DNA from: Thermoleophilia bacterium | GTDB lineage: Bacteria; Actinomycetota; Thermoleophilia; UBA2241 | DNA: 43,407 nt | NCBI GenBank assembly: GCA_017882325.1 | Contig: JADGPQ010000002.1 | Span: forward strand, 1 to 43,407 | Direction: 5' to 3' | Part shown: piece by piece, positions 1-8,695 of the stretch | How the letters are laid out: each line of letters opens with the position of its first letter | How positions within the stretch are numbered: position 1 is the stretch's first letter | The notes under the pieces: model-generated | What the model was told of the DNA's origin: nothing | Databases searched by the model: none | What the model saw: only the letters and a program-made list of their open reading frames with translations | Position numbers and translations under genes: made by a program

Positions 1-831
1 ATGCGCACGGCGCCGCGCGACGACCTCATCGCGGCGCAGACGCGACCGGAGCAACAGGGCCTCGCCTTCGGCCTGCACCGCAGCATGGACACCCTGGGCG
101 CCGTCATAGGACCGTTGATCGCGCTGGCACTCGTGCAAGCGCACGTCTCGCTGCGCTGGATCTTCGCCATCGCCGTCGTGCCGGGGCTGCTGAGCGTGCT
201 CGCGATCATGCTCTTCGTGCGCGAGCACCGAGAGCAGCCCCAGCGCCGCGCCTTTCGCCTGTCGCTGCCGGCCTCACCGGCCTTCCGCTGGCTGCTGGCC
301 GGCACCCTGCTGTTCGCGGTGGGCAACTCGAGCGACATGTTCATCCTGCTCAAGGCCAAGGATGTCGGCATGGGGACGTCGGCGGTCATCCTCCTCTACG
401 TGCTCTACAACGTCGTGTACTCAGCCGGGTCGCTGCCGCTTGGCGGCCTCAGCGACCGCGTCGGTCAGTACCCGCTGGTGATCGCCGGTTACTGCGTGTT
501 CGCGGTCGTCTACCTCGGGTTCGCCGGCGCCGGGTCGGGCCTGGCGCTGGCCGGCCTCTTCGCCACGTACGGCCTCTACATCGCCGCCACCGAGGGCACG
601 AGCAAAGCGTTGATCGGGCGCGCCATCCCCACCGGCGAGCGCGCTTCGGCGCTCGGCCTGTACTACACGGCCACCGGTCTCGCGAGCTTCGCCGCCAGTA
701 CGGTCGGGGGGGCGCTCTGGGGCTCCGTGGGGCCGTGGGCGACCTTCGCGTTCGGGGCGGCGGCGGCCCTGGCCGCCGCCTCACTGATGCTGCTCGGCCG
801 CGGCAAGGTGCGCCGGGCGCTCGCGGCGTAG
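1..831 (+). CDS. MFS-family transporter, C-terminal part (5' end outside window)
   Basis: ORF is open at position 1. Its 276 aa are almost entirely helix-length hydrophobic segments (IFAIAVVPGLLSVLAIMLFV, LLAGTLLFAVGNSSDMFILL, LVIAGYCVFAVVYLGFAGAG). TAG stop at 829-831. Confidence 0.7.
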   Translation: MRTAPRDDLIAAQTRPEQQGLAFGLHRSMDTLGAVIGPLIALALVQAHVSLRWIFAIAVVPGLLSVLAIMLFVREHREQPQRRAFRLSLPASPAFRWLLAGTLLFAVGNSSDMFILLKAKDVGMGTSAVILLYVLYNVVYSAGSLPLGGLSDRVGQYPLVIAGYCVFAVVYLGFAGAGSGLALAGLFATYGLYIAATEGTSKALIGRAIPTGERASALGLYYTATGLASFAASTVGGALWGSVGPWATFAFGAAAALAAASLMLLGRGKVRRALAA

Positions 832-963
832 CCGAGCCCGGCGCGCCGACCGTCATCGTGAGCCGCGGTCATGTGAAATAGCGGACAAGGCTTGCCCGGA
901 TTCCCTGGCGGCTTTACACTACCTGCGAGAGTACAATCACCTTGCAACCTCGGACAGGGCATC

Positions 964-989
964 GACGGGCGACCGTAGCGTCGCCCGTC
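964..989 (+). promoter_or_regulatory. Perfect 10-bp stem-loop between the MFS gene and hdrC (leader structure or U-tract-less terminator)
   Basis: GACGGGCGAC (964-973), loop CGTAGC, GTCGCCCGTC (980-989). It lies 30 nt upstream of the hdrC ATG and no T-run follows. Confidence 0.35.
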
Positions 990-1018
990 CGCAGCAGAAG
1001 GGCAGGTAGCCGACCCGC

Positions 1019-1558
1019 ATGAGCGCTCCGTCTCGTACCCTCGCCACCGACATCCTCGAGGCCACCGGCATCAACCCCGCGACGTGCTATCAGTGCGGCA
1101 AGTGCTCCGCCGGCTGCCCGATGGCGTCCGAGTCCGACCTGCGCCCGCACAACGTGATGCGCCTGGTCGTGCAGGATCGCCGGGAAGCCGCCCTGTCCGA
1201 ACAGTCCATCTGGCTCTGCCTCACCTGCGAGACCTGCTCGGCTCGCTGCCCCAATGCCTGCGACCCGGCCCGTGTCATCGACGCGGTTCGCGAGATGAGC
1301 ATCGAGGCCGAGGTCGCCGACATGCCGCGCAACGTCGCCGCCTTCCATCGCGCTTTTCTTGAGCAGATCCGCACCAACGGCCGGCTGCACGAGATGGGCA
1401 TGGTGATGGAGTACAAGCTGCGCAGCGGCGACCTCATGAAGGACGTCATCAACGCGCCGGGCATGCTCAGCCGCGGGAAGCTGAGCTTCCGCGCGGAGCG
1501 CATCGAGGGCGTCGCCGAGATCAAGCGGATCTTCGAGAAGTGCGGCGTGACCCCGTGA
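1019..1558 (+). CDS. hdrC: Heterodisulfide reductase subunit C-like 4Fe-4S protein
   Basis: Two ferredoxin motifs (CYQCGKCSAGCP and CLTCETCSARCP). First gene of an hdrC-hdrB-hdrA series. Confidence 0.85.
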   Translation: MSAPSRTLATDILEATGINPATCYQCGKCSAGCPMASESDLRPHNVMRLVVQDRREAALSEQSIWLCLTCETCSARCPNACDPARVIDAVREMSIEAEVADMPRNVAAFHRAFLEQIRTNGRLHEMGMVMEYKLRSGDLMKDVINAPGMLSRGKLSFRAERIEGVAEIKRIFEKCGVTP

Positions 1559-2595
1559 CCGAGACTGCCGCGACGTCGCGAGCCGCGATGACCGATGTCG
1601 CCTACTATCCCGGCTGCTCGCTGCACGGCACCTCCCGTGAATTCGACGAGAGCCTCCGCGCCGTGGCCGCCGAGCTGGGCATCGGCCTCACCGAGATCGC
1701 CGACTGGTCATGCTGTGGCGCCAGCAGCGGCCACACCACCGACCACCTGCTCGGCGTAGCGCTGCCGGCGCGCAACCTCGCGCTGGCTGAAGCGCAGGGC
1801 TTCGACACCGTGCTCGCGCCCTGCGCCGCCTGCTACAACCGCCTCTCGGCGGCCCGCCTGGCGATCGCCACCGAGGACGGCCTCGCCGAACAGATGCCCG
1901 ACATCCTCGGCCACCCGTTCGCCAACAGCGTGGACGTGCACAACGCCGTCGAGCTGCTCCGCGACGCGTCCGTGACCATCGAGGAGAAGGTGGCCGCGAC
2001 CCTCGCGCCCAATCCTCTCGAGGGCGTCAAGCTGGCGGCCTACTACGGCTGCCTGCTGGTGCGCCCGTTTGAGGTGTGCGGCTACGACGACCCCGAGCAG
2101 CCCACCTCGATGGACGAGGTCATAGACGCCTGCGGCGCCGACGACGTGGATTGGGACATGAAGGTCGAGTGCTGCGGCGGCGCCTTCAGCGTGAGCCGCA
2201 CCGCGTCGGTGCTGCGGCTTGGGCGCGCCATCATCGACAACGCCCGTTCCCACGGCGCGGAGGCCATCATCGTGGCCTGCCCGCTGTGCCACTCCAACCT
2301 CGACCTCCGTCAGAAGGCCATGGCCCAGCGCGGCGAGGAGCCCATGCCGATCCTGTTCGTCACGCAGATGGTCGGCCTCGCCCTCGGGCTGGCGCCCGTG
2401 GACCTCGGCCTGGGCCGTCACTTCGTCGACACCGAGCCGCTCATCGCGCGCCTTGTGCAGCAGGCGGCGAAGCGCGTCGCGGCAGAGAAGCTCGCCAAAG
2501 AGGAGGCCGCCGCCAAGGCCGCGGCCCGCGCCGAGAAGCAGAAGGTCGGAGTCGCTGCCGGTACCTCCGGCGCCGAAGGCGGTGAGGCTCAGTGA
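1555..2595 (+). CDS. hdrB: Heterodisulfide reductase subunit B-like (CCG-domain) protein
   Basis: CCG-type Cys motifs (DWSCCGAS, KVECCGGAF, ACPLCHSNL). GTG 1555 overlaps the hdrC stop (GTGA), the same coupling seen at other junctions of this operon. The track start 1540 is less likely. Confidence 0.85.
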   Translation: MTETAATSRAAMTDVAYYPGCSLHGTSREFDESLRAVAAELGIGLTEIADWSCCGASSGHTTDHLLGVALPARNLALAEAQGFDTVLAPCAACYNRLSAARLAIATEDGLAEQMPDILGHPFANSVDVHNAVELLRDASVTIEEKVAATLAPNPLEGVKLAAYYGCLLVRPFEVCGYDDPEQPTSMDEVIDACGADDVDWDMKVECCGGAFSVSRTASVLRLGRAIIDNARSHGAEAIIVACPLCHSNLDLRQKAMAQRGEEPMPILFVTQMVGLALGLAPVDLGLGRHFVDTEPLIARLVQQAAKRVAAEKLAKEEAAAKAAARAEKQKVGVAAGTSGAEGGEAQ

Positions 2596-4619
2596 GCCGC
2601 ATCGGCGTCTTCATCTGCCACTGCGGCGAGAACATCGGCCGCACCGTCGACTGCGAGGCGGTCACCGAGGCCCTCAAGGACCACCCGGGCGTCGCCTTCA
2701 CCGAGGACTACAAGTACATGTGCTCCGACCCCGGCCAGCAGCTCGTCAAGAAGGCCATCGAGGACAACGACCTCACCGGCGTGGTCGTGGCCGCCTGCTC
2801 GCCGCACATGCACGAGAAGACCTTCCGCCGCGCCTGCGACCAGGCCGGCCTCAACAAGTACATGTGCGAGATGGCCAACATCCGCGAGCACTGCAGCTGG
2901 ATCCACGAGGACCGCGGCGAGGCCACCGAAAAGGCCGTCGACATCACCCGCACCATCGTCGAGAAGGTCAAGCACAACCAGCCGCTGGAGAGTATCCACA
3001 TCCCCGTCACCAAGCGCGCCCTCGTGATCGGCGGCGGCATCGCCGGCATCCAGGCGGCGCTCGACATCGCGGACGGCGGCCACGAGGTTGTGCTCGTCGA
3101 GAAAGAAGCCTCGATCGGCGGCCACATGAGCCAGCTCAGCGAGACGTTCCCGACGCTGGATTGCTCGCAGTGCATCCTCACGCCACGCATGGTCGAGGCG
3201 TACCAGCACCCCAACATCAAGCTCCACACCTGGAGCGAGGTCGAGAAGGTCGACGGCTACATCGGCAACTTCACCGTGAAGATCCGCAAGAAGGCGCGCT
3301 CGGTGAACGAGGACCTCTGCAACGGCTGCGGCGACTGCCAGGAAGCCTGCCCGGCGAAACGCATCCCCAGCGAGTTCGAGGCCGGGCTCGGCAACCGCAC
3401 GGCGATCTACGTGCCGTTCCCGCAGGCGGTGCCCAACATCCCGGTGCTCGACCGCCAGAACTGCACCCTCTTCAAGGGCCGCCGCAAGGGCCTGGCCAAG
3501 GACGCCTGCGGCAAGTGCAAGGAGGCGTGCCTCAAGGACGCCATCGACTACGACGCCGAGGACACCTTCATCGAGGAGGAGATCGGCGCCATCGTGGTGG
3601 CCACGGGATTCCAGCTGTACAGCATCGGCCGCGAGCAGCCCGAGGGCCTCAAGGGCTACGGCGAGTACGGCTACGGCGAGGTGCCGGACGTCATCGACGG
3701 CCTGCAGTTCGAGCGCCTGGCGTCGGCCTCGGGGCCGACCGCAGGCGCCATCCTCAGGCCGTCCGACGGCAAGGAGCCCAAGACGGTGGTCTTCGTCCAC
3801 TGCGTGGGCTCCCGCGACTCCGAGAAGGGCATATCGTACTGCAGCAAGATCTGCTGCATGTACAACGCCAAGCACGCCATGCTCTACAAGCACAAGGTGC
3901 ACGACGGCCGCGCCGTGGCCTTCTACATGGACATCCGCGCCGCCGGTAAGGGCTACGACGAGTTCAGCCGGCGGGCCATCGAGGAAGACGGCGCCGAGTA
4001 CATCCGCGGGCGCGTCAGCCGCATCTTCCGCGACGGCGACGTCGTGAAGGTGTGGGGTTACGACACGCTGAGCCAGGAGCAGGTGGTGATCGACGCCGAC
4101 ATGGTGGTGCTGGCCACGGCCATGCGACCCCAGGACGGCGTCCGCGAACTCGCGCAGAAGCTCAGCGTGAGCACCGACGAGCACGGCTTCATCAATGAGG
4201 CGCACCCCAAGCTGCGCCCGGTGGAGACGAACACCGCCGGGGTCTTCGTGGCCGGCGCCTGCCAGGCGCCGCGCGACATCCCCGACGCGGTCGCGATGGC
4301 CAGCGCCACCGGCGCCAAAGTGCTGAGCCTGTTCAGCGCCGACGAGCTCGAGCGCGAGCCGGCGGTGGCGATCGTCAACGAGAACACCTGCATCGGCTGC
4401 ATGAACTGCGCCAAGGTGTGTGCCTACGGCGCCATCGAGCAGCGCGAGATCTGCACCGTCGACGGTCACGTCTGCGGCCACGTCGCCTACGTGAACCCCG
4501 GCGTGTGCCAGGGTTGTGGCACGTGCCAGGCGGTCTGCCTCAGCAAGAGCGTCGAGCTGCAGACGTTCACCGACGAGCAGATCTTCAGCGAGATCAACGC
4601 TCTCTGCTACTGGGAGTGA
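2592..4619 (+). CDS. hdrA: Heterodisulfide reductase subunit A-like FAD/Fe-S protein
   Basis: 675 aa. N-terminal FICHCGENI Cys cluster, GGGIAGIQAALD dinucleotide fold, and 4Fe-4S motifs CNGCGDCQEACP, CIGCMNCAKVC and CQGCGTCQAVC. GTG overlaps the hdrB stop. Confidence 0.9.
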   Translation: MSRIGVFICHCGENIGRTVDCEAVTEALKDHPGVAFTEDYKYMCSDPGQQLVKKAIEDNDLTGVVVAACSPHMHEKTFRRACDQAGLNKYMCEMANIREHCSWIHEDRGEATEKAVDITRTIVEKVKHNQPLESIHIPVTKRALVIGGGIAGIQAALDIADGGHEVVLVEKEASIGGHMSQLSETFPTLDCSQCILTPRMVEAYQHPNIKLHTWSEVEKVDGYIGNFTVKIRKKARSVNEDLCNGCGDCQEACPAKRIPSEFEAGLGNRTAIYVPFPQAVPNIPVLDRQNCTLFKGRRKGLAKDACGKCKEACLKDAIDYDAEDTFIEEEIGAIVVATGFQLYSIGREQPEGLKGYGEYGYGEVPDVIDGLQFERLASASGPTAGAILRPSDGKEPKTVVFVHCVGSRDSEKGISYCSKICCMYNAKHAMLYKHKVHDGRAVAFYMDIRAAGKGYDEFSRRAIEEDGAEYIRGRVSRIFRDGDVVKVWGYDTLSQEQVVIDADMVVLATAMRPQDGVRELAQKLSVSTDEHGFINEAHPKLRPVETNTAGVFVAGACQAPRDIPDAVAMASATGAKVLSLFSADELEREPAVAIVNENTCIGCMNCAKVCAYGAIEQREICTVDGHVCGHVAYVNPGVCQGCGTCQAVCLSKSVELQTFTDEQIFSEINALCYWE

Positions 4620-4620
4620 C

Positions 4621-5130
4621 GTGAGCGACGCAGTCGACACGAGCGGCGCGGCTGCCGACGGCTTCGAGCCGCGCATCACCGCCTTCGTCTGCAACTGGTG
4701 CACGTACACCGGCGCCGACCTTGCGGGCACGAGCCGCTTGCACATGGCCAGCAACGTGCGCATCATCCGCCTGCCCTGCACCGGCCGCATCGACCCGCTG
4801 TTCATCGTCAAGTCCTTCGAGCGCGGCGCCGATGGCGTGATCGTCAGCGGCTGCCACCCGGCCGACTGCCACTACACCTCGGGCAACTACCATGCCCGCC
4901 GGCGCTTCGCCGTGTTCCACGACCTCATGGAGTTCGTCGGCGTCGACCCGCGACGCATGACCTTCTCTTGGGTCTCCGCGAGCGAGGGCGCCAAGTGGCG
5001 CGACGTGGTTGACGAAGCCGTAGCCAACGTGCGGGCCCTGGGGCCGTTCGAGGCGTACCGCGCACTGGCGCCGGAGGATGCCGGCGTGGCTGCGCCGGCC
5101 GGCGCGAGGGTCGAAGCCGAGGCCTCATGA
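4621..5130 (+). CDS. mvhD: MvhD/FlxD-like 2Fe-2S electron-transfer protein
   Basis: FVCNWCTYTGADLAG...RLPCTGRIDP...VSGCHPADCHY signature. GTG 4621 lies one nt after the hdrA stop. The track start 4516 lies inside hdrA. Confidence 0.85.
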   Translation: MSDAVDTSGAAADGFEPRITAFVCNWCTYTGADLAGTSRLHMASNVRIIRLPCTGRIDPLFIVKSFERGADGVIVSGCHPADCHYTSGNYHARRRFAVFHDLMEFVGVDPRRMTFSWVSASEGAKWRDVVDEAVANVRALGPFEAYRALAPEDAGVAAPAGARVEAEAS

Positions 5131-6008
5131 GCGAGGTGCGCGAGGTCGCCCGAAAGCTTCTCACCGACGGCACGGTGCGCGTGATCGTCGGCTGGGAGGA
5201 TGCCCGCCGCGGCGCGCGGCCGGTCTTCGTCACCGACCCGGCCGATACGGAACGGCTCATCTTCGACACGCGCTGCGTGCACAATCTCGTCACCTATCTG
5301 AACCCGCGCCGCGACAACGTCGCCGAGCTCGGCAAGATCGGCCTCGTGGTCAAGGGCTGCGACGCCAAGGCGGTCGCGGGCCTGCTGCGTGAGGCGCAGC
5401 TCACGCGCGACGACGTCGTGCTCATCGGCGTCCGCTGTGGCGGCGTGCTGGAGGAAGCGGAGCTTCCCAAGGCCGCGTCACTGAGCCCGGAGAACGTCGC
5501 CCCGCGCTGCTACGGCTGCGACAACCGCGAGCCGGAGCTCGTCGACCACCTGCTCGGCGAGTCGCAGCCCGAACCGCCGCGGCCGGTCATGACCATCGAC
5601 GAGCGCGTCGCCGCGCTCGACGCGCAGCCGCTCGAGGAACGCTGGGCCTTCTGGACCGAGCAGTTCTCCAAGTGTGTGCGCTGCTACGCGTGCCGCCAGG
5701 TGTGCCCGCTGTGCGTCTGCGAGCGGTGCGTGGCCGAGAAGAGCCGGCCACAGTGGATCGAGGCGCCGCCACACCCGCGCGGCAACCTGAGCTGGAACAT
5801 CACCCGTGCCCTGCATCTCGCCGGCCGCTGCGTGGACTGCGGCGAGTGCGAGCGCTTCTGCCCCGTCGGTATCCCGCTCAGCCTCGTGAACCGCAAGCTG
5901 CAGCACATCGTGGCGGAGCGGTACGGCTACACCGTCAGCGATGATCCCGAGAGTCCCGCGCCCATCGGCGACTACCGGCTCGACGACAAGCAGGAGTTCA
6001 TCAAGTGA
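5127..6008 (+). CDS. FlxC-like 4Fe-4S dicluster protein
   Basis: CVRCYACRQVCPLC and CVDCGECERFCP motifs. ATGA overlap with mvhD. The position matches the Fe-S subunits of Flx-Hdr type clusters. Confidence 0.65.
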   Translation: MSEVREVARKLLTDGTVRVIVGWEDARRGARPVFVTDPADTERLIFDTRCVHNLVTYLNPRRDNVAELGKIGLVVKGCDAKAVAGLLREAQLTRDDVVLIGVRCGGVLEEAELPKAASLSPENVAPRCYGCDNREPELVDHLLGESQPEPPRPVMTIDERVAALDAQPLEERWAFWTEQFSKCVRCYACRQVCPLCVCERCVAEKSRPQWIEAPPHPRGNLSWNITRALHLAGRCVDCGECERFCPVGIPLSLVNRKLQHIVAERYGYTVSDDPESPAPIGDYRLDDKQEFIK

Positions 6009-7186
6009 CGGACGCGACGCGCGAGACGTACTTCATCAGCGACGACGATCTGCGCGCGCTGGCCGGGGATCTGCTGAGCGCGGGCACGGAAGTGATCGCG
6101 CCGGTGGCGGTGGACGTCTGCGCCTCGCCGTCGGCGATCGCCTCGTCGGCCTGCCTGCGTCCCGGGGTCGCGCCGGTCGACATCGAGTACCGCGCGCTCG
6201 CCGACGCCGCCGAGCTCGACCTGAGCCGGGGCCTGCCGGTGCTGTCGCTCAAGCAGTACTTCCTGCCCGGACACGAGGCCCTGTGCTGCTGGCGTCAGCA
6301 CGGCACCGAGGTCGAGATCGAAGCGGTGCCCACGACGTTCGCGCCGCGCGTCGTGCTGGCGGCGAAGTCCTGCGACAGCGCTGCCTTGGCCATCGTCGAC
6401 AAGGTCATGAACTGGGACTACCAGGACGAGCTGTGGAACGGCCGCCGCGAGGCCACGACGATCGTCAACCTCGCCTGCCCCGTCGTCGACGAGAGTTGCT
6501 TCTGCACGGCTGTCGGCACGGCGCCAGACGACGTCAAGGGCGCCGACGCTCTGCTCACGCCTGTCGAGGGCGGCTATTTGATGGAGGCGACCACCGACAA
6601 GGGGCGCGTCCTGATGGAGGCCCACGGGGCGCGCTTCAAGGCGGAGACCGACACCCACGGCGCGAAGCACCGCGGCCGCCAGGCCGCGGAGGAACGCGCC
6701 GCCGCCCGCGCCCGCGTCGCCGCCAACCTCGAGATCGACGCCGAGTCGGTGCGCGAGTGGATCGACGCGCACTTCGAGGACCCGCTGCTCGCCGCACTCG
6801 GCGTGCGCTGCAACGGCTGCGGCGCCTGTTCGAGCGTCTGCCCCACCTGCCACTGCTTCGACATCGTCGACGAGGAAGAGGGCATCGGCAAAGGCACCCG
6901 GCGGCGGTGCTGGGACACCTGTCAGGCGCCGACCTTCACGCTGCATGCCAGCGGCCACAATCCGCGCGACGACCAGCACTCGCGCTACCGGCAGCGCATC
7001 AATCACAAGTTCGCCATCTACCCGCTCAAGTTCGGCGAGGTGCTGTGCACGGGGTGCGGCCGCTGCACACGAGCCTGCCACGCCGGCCAGGACCTCGTCG
7101 AGATCCTCCAGGCCATCGACATCGCCGCGCGGCGGCCCGACGCAGCCGCGGCCGCCGTCGCCGGGGCGGAGCCGGCCGGCTCGTGA
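6005..7186 (+). CDS. FlxB / AsrA / HydB-like Fe-S subunit
   Basis: CNGCGACSSVCPTCHCFD and CTGCGRCTRACH motifs, typical of the beta subunits of sulfhydrogenase/anaerobic sulfite reductase-like modules. GTGA overlap upstream. Confidence 0.65.
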   Translation: MTDATRETYFISDDDLRALAGDLLSAGTEVIAPVAVDVCASPSAIASSACLRPGVAPVDIEYRALADAAELDLSRGLPVLSLKQYFLPGHEALCCWRQHGTEVEIEAVPTTFAPRVVLAAKSCDSAALAIVDKVMNWDYQDELWNGRREATTIVNLACPVVDESCFCTAVGTAPDDVKGADALLTPVEGGYLMEATTDKGRVLMEAHGARFKAETDTHGAKHRGRQAAEERAAARARVAANLEIDAESVREWIDAHFEDPLLAALGVRCNGCGACSSVCPTCHCFDIVDEEEGIGKGTRRRCWDTCQAPTFTLHASGHNPRDDQHSRYRQRINHKFAIYPLKFGEVLCTGCGRCTRACHAGQDLVEILQAIDIAARRPDAAAAAVAGAEPAGS

Positions 7187-8013
7187 ACATCTATCAGCCT
7201 CAGCTCGCCCTCGTGACGGCACTCACCGACGAGACGCACGACACGCGCACCCTACGCTTGGAGTTCGAGGATGAGGCCCTGCGCGACTCGTTCGACTTTC
7301 ACGCCGGGCAGTTCGGCGAGTACAGCGTGTTCGGCGCCGGCGAGAGCACCTTCTGCATCGCCAGCGCGCCGACCCGCAAAGGCTTCATCGAGTGCAGCTT
7401 CAAGGCCGTAGGCAAGGTGACGTCCGCGCTCCGCGAAGTGAACGTCGGCGACACCGTGGGCTTTCGCGGCCCGTACGGCAACTGGTTCCCGGTGGACGAA
7501 TGGAAAGGCAAGGACGTGGTCTTCATCGCCGGCGGCATCGGCCTGGCGCCGGTGCGCTGCGTGATCTGGAACGTGCTCGACCGCCGCGAGGAGTTCGGTG
7601 ACGTGACCATCGTGTACGGCGCGCGCTCGGTGGACGACTTGGTGTACAAGCGCGAGCTGGAAGAATGGGCCTCGCGCTCGGACGTCAAGATCGTGACCAC
7701 CGTCGACCCCGGGGGTGAAACGAAGGACTGGACCGGCGAGGTCGGTTACGTCACGCCGGTCGTCGAGGCGACGGCGCCCATGGCGCAGAACGCCGTCGCC
7801 GTGCTCTGCGGACCGCCCATCGTGGTCAAGCTCACGCTGCCCGTGCTCGACAAGCTCGGCTTCGCCGACGAGGCCATCTTCACCACGCTAGAGAACCGCA
7901 TGAAGTGCGGGCTCGGCAAGTGCGGCCGCTGCAACATCGGGCCCGTGTACGTCTGCAAGGACGGGCCCGTCTTCACCGCCGCCCAGCTGAAGGAGCTCCC
8001 GGCGGAGTTCTAG
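7183..8013 (+). CDS. FlxA / PyrK / AsrB-like FAD-NAD(P)H oxidoreductase subunit with C-terminal 2Fe-2S
   Basis: The real start is GTG 7183 (GTGA overlap). The 5941 track start is an alternate-frame artefact over the two upstream genes. Motifs: FIAGGIGLAPV nucleotide fold and CGLGKCGRCNIGPVYVCKDGP cluster. TAG stop. Confidence 0.8.
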   Translation: MNIYQPQLALVTALTDETHDTRTLRLEFEDEALRDSFDFHAGQFGEYSVFGAGESTFCIASAPTRKGFIECSFKAVGKVTSALREVNVGDTVGFRGPYGNWFPVDEWKGKDVVFIAGGIGLAPVRCVIWNVLDRREEFGDVTIVYGARSVDDLVYKRELEEWASRSDVKIVTTVDPGGETKDWTGEVGYVTPVVEATAPMAQNAVAVLCGPPIVVKLTLPVLDKLGFADEAIFTTLENRMKCGLGKCGRCNIGPVYVCKDGPVFTAAQLKELPAEF

Positions 8014-8387
8014 GCGGCGGCTCCTGGTGGAGTTGTGGCGCCGCCCGCGAGCACCTCTTGTGCTCGCCTTAGATTTTTCGCTGCGACCCTGACCTCGCAT
8101 GGGCCGTCCGTGGCAAGGTGTCGCGGGAAGAGGTCGGCGAGACGGCGAAGCCCGGCTCGCCGCACGGCGACCACCTCGGCATCAATGCCGCGCTGCGCGA
8201 GACGAGAGACCGTCGGCAGAGCGTCTTCATACCGATCCACCGTGGCCACGGGAACTGTAGGGGATGCCGGCGGCGTCCAGGGCCTCGCGATGCGCTTCAG
8301 GAGAGCCTCTTGTGACACTTCTCCAGCCGTTCCAGATAGATTGCGCTGCAGCTCGGCCTCATCGGCCTCGGGGAAGCGCTGCCTCAC
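8010..8387 (-). CDS. Hypothetical protein (possibly a start-less remnant)
   Basis: 125-aa ORF from GTG 8387. The same frame stays open up to 8579 and encodes a helical segment (QLYLEALRRLTPEQRLLKAFELTELTRELLG) with no ATG/GTG/TTG. The 3' end overlaps the hdr-flx terminator. Confidence 0.3.
   Translation of the reverse strand: MRQRFPEADEAELQRNLSGTAGEVSQEALLKRIARPWTPPASPTVPVATVDRYEDALPTVSRLAQRGIDAEVVAVRRAGLRRLADLFPRHLATDGPCEVRVAAKNLRRAQEVLAGGATTPPGAAA
8047..8078 (+). terminator. Intrinsic terminator of the hdr-flx operon
   Basis: GCGAGCAC (8047-8054), loop CTCTT, GTGCTCGC (8060-8067), followed by CTTAGATTTTT. It starts 34 nt after the TAG stop. Confidence 0.8.
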
Positions 8388-8695
8388 GCCGACGCCGAGA
8401 AGCTCGCGCGTCAGCTCGGTGAGCTCGAAGGCCTTTAGGAGGCGCTGCTCCGGCGTCAGCCGGCGGAGCGCCTCGAGGTAGAGCTGGTGGTTCGGCCGCG
8501 GCTTCGGGTCCGTCGGGGAAGGATAGCACCGTGAAGGGCTGTGGCCGCTGCCGGGTGCCCGAAGGCGCTGCGCAGGCGTCTACGCACTGCCCCAGAAACC
8601 CCACGGGCTCTTGGCTGGACCCAGGATGGCGTACCATCACTGCAGACGTTGGCCGGACTCGGCCTGGGGGAGGTTGCAGCGTGGAGGACAAGCGG

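Noticed and set aside
872-887. Rex-type operator (TGTGAA-N4-TTCACA) upstream of hdrC
   Set aside because: Only the left half-site TGTGAA is intact. The right half reads CGGACA, about 3 of 6 matches, which is too weak without comparative support.
913-937. TTTACA ... TACAAT as the hdrC promoter
   Set aside because: Both hexamers look good, but the spacer is only 13 nt, which is incompatible with a standard sigma70 promoter.
2589-4811. 740-aa minus-strand ORF, together with the 576-aa plus-strand ORF 2219..3949, overlapping hdrA
   Set aside because: These are antisense or alternate-frame to a gene with unmistakable HdrA motifs. Their translations are low-complexity Ala/Arg/Gly/Pro/His strings typical of spurious ORFs in GC-rich DNA.
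8047-8078. CTTAGA-containing segment considered as a possible tRNA(CUA)/pylT
   Set aside because: The sequence folds as a simple 8-bp hairpin plus T-run directly after a stop codon, which is a terminator. No acceptor, D or T arms can be drawn. I found no CUCUAAA-type anticodon loop with a cloverleaf elsewhere in the window by eye, but that scan is not exhaustive.
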